IMG/VR virus record: IMGVR_UViG_3300028925_001894
Length of the DNA stretch: 29,845 nt
Direction: 5' to 3' (one strand)
From: a virus
Shown here: positions 1 to 6,931 of the stretch, in pieces
Layout: each line of letters starts with the position of its first letter
Position numbering within the stretch: the first letter of the stretch is position 1
Translations under genes and position numbers: made by a program
Notes under the pieces: generated by a model
What the model saw: only the letters and a program-made list of their open reading frames with translations
What the model was told of the DNA's origin: nothing
Databases searched by the model: none

Positions 1-99
1 TCTTGCATAATGCCAATGAACTATCTGGCTTTCTAATTCCATCATTTTCGTAATACCGAGAAAGCGGCTGGATTCCGAAGGCTCTTGATATATAGGCTT
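1..99. repeat. 99-bp exact direct repeat of the window end (29747..29845), i.e. a circular-closure overlap
   Basis: Bases 1-99 read identical to 29747-29845. The repeat lies inside an ORF, so the contig closes on itself with a unique length of 29746 bp. Confidence 0.9.
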
Positions 100-297
100 A
101 GCTTCAGATGAAACTACTTCTATAAATTCTTCCGAATCAAAATGATAGCTGCAAGCCTTCATAAATGTTTGAAATTCTTCAAGCAGTTCATTCCTTGTAT
201 AAACTTCATCGTGTAAGGTCATTTCAACAGTCGGCGACGAATAGCCAGACTCTCCCATAACGCCGTAATTTTTGAAAACCATCTTTGGTGTGTTCAT
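1..297 (-). CDS. N-terminal part of an ORF that runs off the left edge and continues in frame, via the circular junction, into the MazG-like ORF
   Basis: The ATG at 297..295 overlaps the stop of the upstream ORF (ATGA). The frame stays open to base 1, reading MNTPKMVFKNYG...SRFLGITKMMELESQIVHWHYAR, which is the start of the 29483..29791 ORF. Confidence 0.6.
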   Translation of the reverse strand, partial: MNTPKMVFKNYGVMGESGYSSPTVEMTLHDEVYTRNELLEEFQTFMKACSYHFDSEEFIEVVSSEAKPIYQEPSESSRFLGITKMMELESQIVHWHYAR

Positions 298-452
298 TTT
301 GATACCAACTTAATCATTTTACCGTCTAAATCATATCCTGCATCTTCAAGGAAATCTTGAAACTCTACAATTACTTCTTGCAGCGTAATTTGCTCTTTAT
401 GGATTACAACACTAACTTTCTTTTCTGTATCATTGAACTCAAACTTTGTCAT
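294..452 (-). CDS. hypothetical 52-aa protein (MTKFEFNDTEKK...), a paralog of the N-terminal extension of the MazG ORF
   Basis: ATG at 452..450 and TGA at 296..294. It shares the pattern H-x-E-x-x-T-x-x-E-[VL]-[IL]-x-EFQ-x-F-[LM]-x4-Y-x-[LF]-D with the ORF starting at 297. Confidence 0.5.
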   Translation of the reverse strand: MTKFEFNDTEKKVSVVIHKEQITLQEVIVEFQDFLEDAGYDLDGKMIKLVSK

Positions 453-588
453 CTTGATTTCCTTTTTTATAAAGTTGTTTTTTTCGGTTTCTTTCGTTAT
501 ATAAAGCCTGTTTATAGGCTAAGTGGTATCCGCTGCCGAACAAACAGCCGCCGACACATAAAACTATAATCATATCCCAAGAAATCAT
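439..588 (-). CDS. 49-aa single-pass membrane peptide (MISWDMIIVLCVGGCLFGSGYHLAY... with a basic tail)
   Basis: Hand-translated small ORF absent from the 60-aa track. Its ATG overlaps the upstream stop (TGATG), and it has a hydrophobic N-terminal segment. Confidence 0.4.
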   Translation of the reverse strand: MISWDMIIVLCVGGCLFGSGYHLAYKQALYNERNRKKQLYKKGNQDDKV

Positions 589-743
589 CAGCACACCCCC
601 TGCAAACAATCGTTGAAAGACATCGTAGAAACTATTGCAAACAGCGCAAACAAGGCAAAGCCAAGTGTAATAAACTGTCTAGTTTGTGCGCGGCGCTGTT
701 TTGCCGCACGAATTCTAGCGTATCTGTAAGGAAAGTTAATCAT
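588..743 (-). CDS. 51-aa membrane peptide (basic N-terminus, then ITLGFALFALFAIVSTM)
   Basis: Hand-translated. The ATG at 743..741 overlaps the TGA of the upstream ORF (TGATG) and the stop is at 590..588. Confidence 0.4.
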   Translation of the reverse strand: MINFPYRYARIRAAKQRRAQTRQFITLGFALFALFAIVSTMSFNDCLQGVC

Positions 744-1093
744 CAGTTATTGCTCCCGTAAAAACTTAGCTCATCTTGCCCGCCAAACTCATCATTGTAA
801 TGGTCTTGGATTCTGTCTCTGAGGGATGTTTCTAGTTCAAGGTAGATAGCATCTTTAAGCATCAGGCTTGCCTTGTCTGAGCCTTGCAGATATAGAGTAT
901 CTAAATAAGCAAGTTGATTGACAGTGCCAGTAATTGCTGCTGGCAAACAGTCATCCATCCAAGTCGGCTTGGCTCGTAACCACTCATAACATAGAACATC
1001 TTTTTTTGCATCGCAAAGGTCGATAATATCACCGCACCACTTAGCATCTGAATTAACAAACTCTTCAATTAACCATTTAATTTCTTGCTTCAT
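743..1093 (-). CDS. hypothetical 116-aa protein, first gene behind promoter copy 2
   Basis: The ORF track gives 743..1126. The ATG at 1093 (MKQEIKW...) sits directly after the conserved leader ...CAGGGCTGGAC-ATG, and the longer start would lie inside that leader. Confidence 0.6.
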   Translation of the reverse strand: MKQEIKWLIEEFVNSDAKWCGDIIDLCDAKKDVLCYEWLRAKPTWMDDCLPAAITGTVNQLAYLDTLYLQGSDKASLMLKDAIYLELETSLRDRIQDHYNDEFGGQDELSFYGSNN

Positions 1094-1125
1094 GTCCAGC
1101 CCTGCTTGTTTTTGAATGTGCGCCA

Positions 1126-1154
1126 ACTTTGCCTGATGTTTACATTACTGTCAA
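1126..1154 (-). promoter_or_regulatory. sigma70-like promoter, copy 2 of a three-copy promoter/leader cassette
   Basis: On the minus strand: TTGACA, 17 bp (gtAATGTAAAcatCAGG), CAAAGT, then leader ACATTCAAAAACAAGCAGGGCT (1098..1120). It aligns colinearly with the copies at 22161 and 7416. The -35 overlaps the NinG stop codon. Confidence 0.6.
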
Positions 1155-1618
1155 CAGCTTATTTCACCAATTCGCCATTCCTCTACTTTAATCTGTTCTT
1201 TAAGGTCTCGAGCAAAAGCAATTACTTCTTCTCTGTCGTACCGCTTTGCCGTACGCCAAGCCATACGCTCCATCGCCTTAACGCGCCTTTCTCCATAAGT
1301 GTCAACCATCCACTGTCTGTAGCGTAAAACGTAGTGAGCCTGTTTCATACCCCAGCAATTGCAATGAGGGCACTGTGGGTTTATGTTGAATTCCGCTAGC
1401 TTGAAGATGGTTCTGTGGCGGGGTATAAAGTGGCCGCCTTGAAGGTTTTTATAGTGGTCTACCTTGTCGCAGGTAACGCACTGGGCGTAGCCGTTATCAT
1501 CTGCTGCCTTTAACCGGACTAGCCGCTGCAACAACTTAGCGGCTTTCTCCATTTCTTGGGCAACGGTTGGCTTCTTTTTAGGTTTACGTGCTGTAACCTT
1601 TTTAGGGTTTTTCGCCAT
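1151..1618 (-). CDS. ninG: NinG/Rap-like recombination endonuclease
   Basis: Basic N-terminus, then C-x2-C...GGHFIPR...NINPQCPHCN, the Cys/His pattern typical of lambda NinG family proteins. It sits in a nin-like neighbourhood with NinB. Confidence 0.7.
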   Translation of the reverse strand: MAKNPKKVTARKPKKKPTVAQEMEKAAKLLQRLVRLKAADDNGYAQCVTCDKVDHYKNLQGGHFIPRHRTIFKLAEFNINPQCPHCNCWGMKQAHYVLRYRQWMVDTYGERRVKAMERMAWRTAKRYDREEVIAFARDLKEQIKVEEWRIGEISC

Positions 1619-1814
1619 ATTCTAACTCTAATAATAGTTCGCAGTAGTGGATAGCCTTCCGTATATCCTCAGCACCATTCTTTTTGCCATGCCTAGTAAT
1701 ATACTTGACTACATTTCCCTCACAGTAGTCTAAGCTGTTTTTGAAGATGTATTCTATAGGCTGGATAGATAGATTGTAATGACTTCCGCCCTGCTGCTTA
1801 TCTAGTGCGCTCAA
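1602..1814 (-). CDS. DUF3310 (SaV-like) family phage protein
   Basis: Motifs KQQGGSHY...QPIEYI...GNVVKYITRHGKK.G.EDIRKAIHY match the DUF3310 signature. TTG start coupled to the upstream stop (TTGA), with GAGGAG 8 nt upstream. Confidence 0.7.
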   Translation of the reverse strand: MSALDKQQGGSHYNLSIQPIEYIFKNSLDYCEGNVVKYITRHGKKNGAEDIRKAIHYCELLLELEYGEKP

Positions 1815-1993
1815 TGTTCTGTCTCCTCAGTGCCAAGCTCAATTTCATCAACCTCTTGCAAATCGCAGCGACTGCATAAACCATAAGCATTGTCATCGTT
1901 GCCAAGCCAATAAGACAGAGGGATACCACATTCCTCGCAATATAATTTATTAAGCGTAATTTTCTTCTTAAAAAGTTCAACAATTTTACTCAC
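1811..1993 (-). CDS. small Zn-ribbon protein
   Basis: CEEC...CSRC pair of CxxC motifs in 60 aa. The GTG start overlaps the upstream stop (GTGA). The alternative frame 1798..1983 has no motif. Confidence 0.5.
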   Translation of the reverse strand: MSKIVELFKKKITLNKLYCEECGIPLSYWLGNDDNAYGLCSRCDLQEVDEIELGTEETEH

Positions 1994-3159
1994 CCTTCCA
2001 CCTTGATTTTTACCCGCGAATCTTCACCGCTGTCTTTGTGGTAAACCACTGCTGTCATAGAACGCTCCGCACCGTAGCCTGAGTCGCTATGCCATTGGTC
2101 AGTAGCAGTAAGGCTACCCCAATGCTCGAAATGCATAGAACCTACTTCTCTGGCGGTATGGTGGTGGATATGCCCAAGGTGACAGTAGCGGTTCTTAGAC
2201 TCCGCCCATTCGTCGTCAAGGTTCTTAATTACAGTCTGTAGAATCTGCTCATGCTTGATGCGGTCGCCATGATGAAAAACAAAGAGGTTGTTATGCCATT
2301 GGTAAGATATAAACTTGCTGTAGTTCTGGACAATCTCAACCCTTGGCTCTTTGCTATAAAGCAGCTCTAAGCAGCTTGAAAGGTGACAGGCCATATCATA
2401 GTCATGGTTGCCCCTAACATTAACCACAACAACTTTCTCATGGGTCTGAAGCATCTTATCTATCAAGATGTTGAACAGCCTTCCTGCCAGTTTAAAGGTC
2501 TTTCCAATGCGAGTGTCTACGTCTACTGGCGTTCCCTTGGTGGTAGTGTTAAAACTACTATCAGCATGAAAGAAATCACCCACGTTAAGTAGAACGCCTG
2601 TCTTTGCATTGCCTACACGATTGGCTAGTCGGTCAGTAGCATCTATCAAAACTTCTGTGGCAATCTTAATGTCCCAGTCGTCATCATCAACCTTTGATTC
2701 TGAGTCAGCCAGCATTCCAAAATGGTGGTCTCCAATCATATACATGGCTAGATAATCATCCGAGACTAAAGCGGGCGCTGGAGCTGGTGGTTTAAAGCCG
2801 TCTAAATCTTCTTTCACGCCTTCAATCATCAGGTCTAGCCGTTGCTTCATGCTGACCTTTTCAGGCTCTTGGATAACCCATTGCAAAGCCACACTGCCAT
2901 CATCTTTGTATGCAGTAGAAATTCGTTTTGCGGCAAATCCTTCAGCGGTTTGTTTTGTTAAATCTCTGTGAGGTGCTACACCTTTTGATGCCGCTTTATG
3001 CTCTAAGCGCTTAACAATTTTATCTATTGTTTGCCTAGTGCATCCCAAGAAAAAAGCTGCTTTCCTGTGAGAGCCTTCTGATATTACCGCGTCTAAAACT
3101 TCATGGTGTCGCGTGCTTGTTGCAAATTCTTTTAAAATCCTTGGGTCTATCTTTTCCAT
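1990..3159 (-). CDS. HTH domain fused to a calcineurin-like metallophosphoesterase
   Basis: N-terminal part reads ...HRKAAFFLGCTRQTIDKIVKRL (HTH-like). The C-terminal part carries the ordered motifs GDHHFG, GDFFHAD, RGNHD, HHGD and GHIHH of the metallophosphoesterase superfamily. Confidence 0.7.
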   Translation of the reverse strand: MEKIDPRILKEFATSTRHHEVLDAVISEGSHRKAAFFLGCTRQTIDKIVKRLEHKAASKGVAPHRDLTKQTAEGFAAKRISTAYKDDGSVALQWVIQEPEKVSMKQRLDLMIEGVKEDLDGFKPPAPAPALVSDDYLAMYMIGDHHFGMLADSESKVDDDDWDIKIATEVLIDATDRLANRVGNAKTGVLLNVGDFFHADSSFNTTTKGTPVDVDTRIGKTFKLAGRLFNILIDKMLQTHEKVVVVNVRGNHDYDMACHLSSCLELLYSKEPRVEIVQNYSKFISYQWHNNLFVFHHGDRIKHEQILQTVIKNLDDEWAESKNRYCHLGHIHHHTAREVGSMHFEHWGSLTATDQWHSDSGYGAERSMTAVVYHKDSGEDSRVKIKVEG

Positions 3160-3623
3160 TATTCCACCTGTTTATTTTTTAGTTTGCTGTATTCGCTCTG
3201 AGGGTCATAGTAAAGGTTAAACCCTAAATCAAATGCCCAGTTGTAAACCTTATTCAAGAAATCAAGCATTTCGCCAACATCAAGTGTTGCTGTGTGCCTG
3301 AGCTGGTCTTTAACTATTGTCTTGCCAACTTTAATGTCTTCAACACCAAGAAACAACTGCTTCAATAATAGCTTAACATTTTCAGGAGTGTAGCTGGGGT
3401 CTCTTTTAATTACCCATTCAGATAGCTGTTTACACCAAGAATGAAACATAGCGTTCTGCGAGATTGAACGAGGGTTAGAATACGGCTTCAAGGTGATAGA
3501 ACAAGGTCTGGAATAATCCCAAACCTTTAGCCTGTCTGATAGAAACTTTAAGCGCTTTTCAATATCGCTTTCATGGCTAACTATCACCTTGTCAGCACTC
3601 AAATTATAGCCCGCCCGAGCCAT
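3159..3623 (-). CDS. ninB: NinB/Orf-family recombination mediator
   Basis: NPRSISQNAMFHSWCKQLS parallels lambda NinB NRSLDQNRKLWACLGDVS. The later HTATLDVGEMLDFL parallels TSRMRVGEFAELL. Confidence 0.6.
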   Translation of the reverse strand: MARAGYNLSADKVIVSHESDIEKRLKFLSDRLKVWDYSRPCSITLKPYSNPRSISQNAMFHSWCKQLSEWVIKRDPSYTPENVKLLLKQLFLGVEDIKVGKTIVKDQLRHTATLDVGEMLDFLNKVYNWAFDLGFNLYYDPQSEYSKLKNKQVE

Positions 3624-3895
3624 TCCTGACTTATCATTGAGTTGACTGTATCCAGCCGAGATTCAAAAGGCTTGTCTTCATTACAATTTCCGTTGGATGC
3701 AATCCGCAAATCATAATCAGTAACAATCTTACACTGTTTAGCTCTTATCCTGCTGTGCATGGTTTTGGTGTTTACGCCTGATATTTCAGCATACTTAAGT
3801 AAACTGTATTTATTGCCAAGAATAAGCCCTGCTTTTTTGCCAGCATAAGAATATAGCTTAGCGTTTTTTCCTGAGTTTGGATGCTTTTCACGCAT
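3599..3895 (-). CDS. hypothetical protein with a possible HTH (LLKYAEISGVNTKTMHSRI)
   Basis: ORF with an ATG start overlapping the upstream gene end. The HTH-like segment was read by eye only. Confidence 0.35.
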   Translation of the reverse strand: MREKHPNSGKNAKLYSYAGKKAGLILGNKYSLLKYAEISGVNTKTMHSRIRAKQCKIVTDYDLRIASNGNCNEDKPFESRLDTVNSMISQEWLGRAII

Positions 3896-4295
3896 ATTTT
3901 AGCTCTCCTGTACCGTCATAGTAATAGCCGTTTTTAGCTAAATAATATTGCTTTTGTATTTCACGCATTTCACCATCTAAAAAACTAATGTCAGTCAAGC
4001 CCTTCTGTAACGACCTACCCCGCAACACTTCATCAGGATTAGATGCCGACTGGTTAGAAGGCTTAGTGTGCTGGTTAGCATAAGGTGATACACCCCCAGT
4101 TGTTTTCGTTCTTGCAAGCCAGCTATTGATAAACTTAGGCATACCAGCTTTAGTTTTACGCTTGGCTTTGTTTGTGTATAGCCACATCCGCATCGCCTCA
4201 ACTTCCTGCTCAACCATTGATTCGCCGTATGCACCAACTAAAGCCACATAAAGGTCATCAGGTATTACGTAATCTTCGCCTGTTTTTAGATGCAT
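3888..4295 (-). CDS. hypothetical protein (135 aa)
   Basis: The ATG at 4295 (MHLKTGEDY) has GGAG 7 nt upstream. The longer start at 4322 would overlap the upstream gene by 37 nt. Contains WLYTNKAKRKTKAGMPKFINSWLAR. I did not recognise a family securely. Confidence 0.5.
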   Translation of the reverse strand: MHLKTGEDYVIPDDLYVALVGAYGESMVEQEVEAMRMWLYTNKAKRKTKAGMPKFINSWLARTKTTGGVSPYANQHTKPSNQSASNPDEVLRGRSLQKGLTDISFLDGEMREIQKQYYLAKNGYYYDGTGELKYA

Positions 4296-4498
4296 GGTAG
4301 GCTCCACTTGGCTACTGTGCATGGCTCACCATGGCGGTTGGTCACTGTAACGCTTTCTTTTAGCAGGTGGTGGCCGTCTTTCTTTAGGTTATACACTACA
4401 GCAGAGATTCTAGTGATACCTAAATCATAGAAGGCATCTAAGCTAGTGATTGTTTGGTGTGTTTCTAAGTAATCTAAGACTCTTTGTTTCTGGCTCAT
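4286..4498 (-). CDS. small winged-helix DNA-binding protein (HTH_39-like)
   Basis: The ATG at 4498 (MSQKQRVLDYL...) is preceded by AAGGAG. The pattern VLDYLETHQ.ITSLDAFYDLGITRISAVVYNLKKDGH resembles the phage winged-HTH family. Confidence 0.55.
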   Translation of the reverse strand: MSQKQRVLDYLETHQTITSLDAFYDLGITRISAVVYNLKKDGHHLLKESVTVTNRHGEPCTVAKWSLPCI

Positions 4499-4828
4499 TT
4501 TGAACTCCTTTGGCTTGGCTACGCCGCGCCCGATTGTGTTTATGAAGGTTTTTATTAAATAATATTTAACAGGCATTTTTAACCCTTTCACTAGCAAGCT
4601 AGTAAAATTGGTGTAACAGAGGACTGTAAGTGACTCTGCGGTTTAATCGTGTTCGTTTCGAATATCCAATCTATCCACTAACAGCAACCGAGCTGTCTAT
4701 GGGGCTATGTCTGGAGGGTCAACCACGCTCTGAAGTTTAATTTAAGGATTTCTTCAGCCTCTAGCCCGAACACTTTTTACATTAAAACATACTTTTTACT
4801 GTTGTGTAACCAGCAATTGAACAATGTT

Positions 4829-5038
4829 TTATTTACCTAATCTAAAAAAGTCTAAAACATCAATCTCCAATACTTGGCATACATCCTGCATAGTGTGCAG
4901 CTTCATATTAAACTGATTTCTCCAGCGGATTACCTGCTGGGGTGAAGTGTTAGCTATACGGGCGAACTCAGCGTTGGAAATGCCTTTACTAGCTTGTGCG
5001 GCCTTTACTGCTTTACCTGCGTCTATATGCTTTGCCAT
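4829..5038 (-). CDS. Cro/XRE-type HTH regulator
   Basis: GISNAEFARIANTSPQQVIRWRN is a classic XRE helix-turn-helix. The protein is 69 aa. Confidence 0.7.
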   Translation of the reverse strand: MAKHIDAGKAVKAAQASKGISNAEFARIANTSPQQVIRWRNQFNMKLHTMQDVCQVLEIDVLDFFRLGK

Positions 5039-5097
5039 TTGATTGTCCAGTTGTTATATTGTTGGTGAGCGGCTGGCGCTGCTCTTGAGTAATACAG

Positions 5098-5116
5098 CCC
5101 CCCCTTTCGGGGGGGG
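5098..5116 (-). promoter_or_regulatory. G/C homopolymer hairpin just after the ssb stop codon
   Basis: The plus strand reads C7-TTTC-G8. The minus-strand RNA would be C8-GAAA-G7 (GNRA loop). Downstream is only weakly U-rich (CUGUAUUACU). Confidence 0.5.
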
Positions 5117-5122
5117 ATTTAC

Positions 5123-5524
5123 CTAGAATGGAATATCATCATCTAACATTATGCTTGATGCTTCTTGAACAGGCTTCTTAATAACTGGAGCAGGAGCTGA
5201 ATCATTACTGTTTCCTGACTTGCCTAGCTGCAAACCATTCACAATCATTACAGCAGTTTGGCGCTTCACGCCGTCTTTTTCCCATTCTTCAAGAACAAAT
5301 TCACCTTGAACAGTAACTGGAGTCCCCTTTGTAACGTAAGGAGCCAGCTTTTCAGCGCGTTCCCCAAACATCTTGCAGACTACCCAGCTTGTCTTCTTAT
5401 TGTCGCCCCAGCCCTGCGTGACAGGAACTGAGAAGGAGCCGATTGACTTACCATTTTTTGTTGTTCTAACTTCCATATCGCGCCCTACGTTTCCAGTCGC
5501 GACCATCAGATTAATGTTGCTCAT
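5123..5524 (-). CDS. ssb: single-stranded DNA-binding protein
   Basis: OB-fold N-terminus (NLMVATGNVGRDMEVRTTKNGKS...WVVCKMFGERAE), a low-complexity linker and the acidic C-terminal tip DDDIPF. Confidence 0.9.
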   Translation of the reverse strand: MSNINLMVATGNVGRDMEVRTTKNGKSIGSFSVPVTQGWGDNKKTSWVVCKMFGERAEKLAPYVTKGTPVTVQGEFVLEEWEKDGVKRQTAVMIVNGLQLGKSGNSNDSAPAPVIKKPVQEASSIMLDDDIPF

Positions 5525-6129
5525 TTTCTTTTCTCCACTTCAGTTTTGATTGTAGTTACAGCCTTATCAACTTCAACGGCTAGTTTTTTAATAAATTCAT
5601 TATCTCTTTCTACTCTAATCCACACATGGGCAAGCTCTGGATGCCATGCAAAAGCGTCCCACCAATCCCGACCAGTTACCCATAAACAGCCTTGTATCTG
5701 CTGGAAATAGTCATTAACTAACTTCTGCGGGTCTCTTTGATATCTCACCATGTTAGTGGTCAAAGGACATTTGATTTCTAGCCCGCCCGCACTATCTGAG
5801 CAATCAATTAAGCCGTCAGGTGAGCAGCCATAATCTTGGTCGTCATTCAAGATAAAACCTACTTCCTTAACGGCCATTTCATAGATAAACGAATATTCAT
5901 CGCGGGCTTCTGGCTCTAGTGTATTGCCCCGCTCCATTGCTTCGGATTTAAAGCCTTGCTCAGCTTTACCTGTTAGCTTTTCACCAATCAGTTTATTGAT
6001 GTATTTATCAGCCGATGCACTGGGCTTACCAGTTCTAGTAATCAACTGAGAAAAGCAACTTGCAGAAGGTTTGCCAAGGCGCGATTCTAGCCACGCCTCA
6101 GTCCCTTGCTCATCCTGCTTGACTATCAT
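5521..6129 (-). CDS. YqaJ-like (lambda Exo-type) recombination exonuclease
   Basis: N-terminal QGTEAWLESRLGKPSAS plus ...GCSPDGL...GGLEIKCP, PD-(D/E)xK-like motifs typical of YqaJ. It is adjacent to Erf. Confidence 0.8.
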   Translation of the reverse strand: MIVKQDEQGTEAWLESRLGKPSASCFSQLITRTGKPSASADKYINKLIGEKLTGKAEQGFKSEAMERGNTLEPEARDEYSFIYEMAVKEVGFILNDDQDYGCSPDGLIDCSDSAGGLEIKCPLTTNMVRYQRDPQKLVNDYFQQIQGCLWVTGRDWWDAFAWHPELAHVWIRVERDNEFIKKLAVEVDKAVTTIKTEVEKRK

Positions 6130-6695
6130 CTTTTAGACTTCGCTTCTAAAGCTGACATTGCTCTGTCGTAGTGTATATCTAACAAAGAGGCTGTTGTTTT
6201 ACACTTAAAGGCTTGGCAAAACTTTTCATGGTCGCTGCTGGTTGACTCTAGCAATGCTAGGATGTTGGCAAGCTGCTCCCCGTTAATGATTCGCTTATCA
6301 TCGCCGCGTAACATTGCCGACTCTGCATCGTCATCTACTTGCGGGATTCCAGCCATAGCCGCTAGGGCGTAACGTCTTGCGTATGTAATACAAGAACCGC
6401 CAGCTTGAGGGTCATTTTTAACCATTGGCAAGAAAAACTTTTGTTCTAACCATTGGCCGGATGTATGCATTAGTCTGGTAGTTACGCCCACGCTACTCTC
6501 AGTACTAGCTGGGAACTGCACATAACTGAGGCCATTTTCTGCAAAGGGTTCTTTTATAACTTGCATAATGTCCGCTAAGTCAGCGTACTTTGATTTAAAG
6601 AACGGGTTCGCAGATCCGCGAACAGCCCCACCCATAACGGCTTGTGCTTTACATAAAGCTGTAGCTAGTTTTTCTATTGTTTCACTTTGACGCAT
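6126..6695 (-). CDS. erf: ERF-family single-strand annealing protein
   Basis: NPFFKSKYADLADIM and CITYARRYALAAMAGI are hallmark ERF motifs. Start set to the ATG at 6695, which has AGGAG 8 nt upstream (the track used a GTG at 6704). Confidence 0.85.
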   Translation of the reverse strand: MRQSETIEKLATALCKAQAVMGGAVRGSANPFFKSKYADLADIMQVIKEPFAENGLSYVQFPASTESSVGVTTRLMHTSGQWLEQKFFLPMVKNDPQAGGSCITYARRYALAAMAGIPQVDDDAESAMLRGDDKRIINGEQLANILALLESTSSDHEKFCQAFKCKTTASLLDIHYDRAMSALEAKSKR

Positions 6696-6730
6696 TGTGT
6701 TCACTCCTATTGGTTTATGTGTAAATTATA

Positions 6731-6922
6731 CTAAAAAGTTAATGCTGCGGTAACATTTTTGTGAGGGTCAGAACTGTTAGCGGTAGCGCATTCACCTGCG
6801 GCATATAGTGCCCCAAAGGCTAGGTAGTATTCCTCTGGCATATCTGCGCGCTCGTTGTTCCCAAGCGCGTAGTCTTTTTCGGCCAGCTCGTAAAAGTAAT
6901 TATTGAAATTTGCGGTAAACAT
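6731..6922 (-). CDS. hypothetical 63-aa protein
   Basis: ORF with an ATG start, tightly packed in the early operon. No motif recognised. Confidence 0.45.
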   Translation of the reverse strand: MFTANFNNYFYELAEKDYALGNNERADMPEEYYLAFGALYAAGECATANSSDPHKNVTAALTF

Positions 6923-6931
6923 ATTCTTTCC

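Noticed and set aside
1-99. The terminal 99-bp repeat read as a mobile-element LTR, an att site or a biological direct terminal repeat.
   Set aside because: It is a direct repeat located exactly at both contig ends and it interrupts an ORF that is restored by circularisation. An assembler overlap is the simpler explanation, although a true DTR cannot be excluded without reads.
3995-4237. An alternative-frame 80-aa ORF inside 3888..4295. A similar case at 1798..1983 lies inside the Zn-ribbon gene.
   Set aside because: Both are same-strand overlapping frames with Arg/Cys/Leu-rich composition and no start context. The chosen frames carry motifs and translational coupling to their neighbours.
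4641-4668. A tRNA-like T-arm string (GTTCGTTTCGAA, reverse GGATATTCGAAAC) in the non-coding gap.
   Set aside because: I could not fold an acceptor stem, D-arm or anticodon arm around it on either strand, and the GTTCGAATCC-type T-loop consensus is not met.
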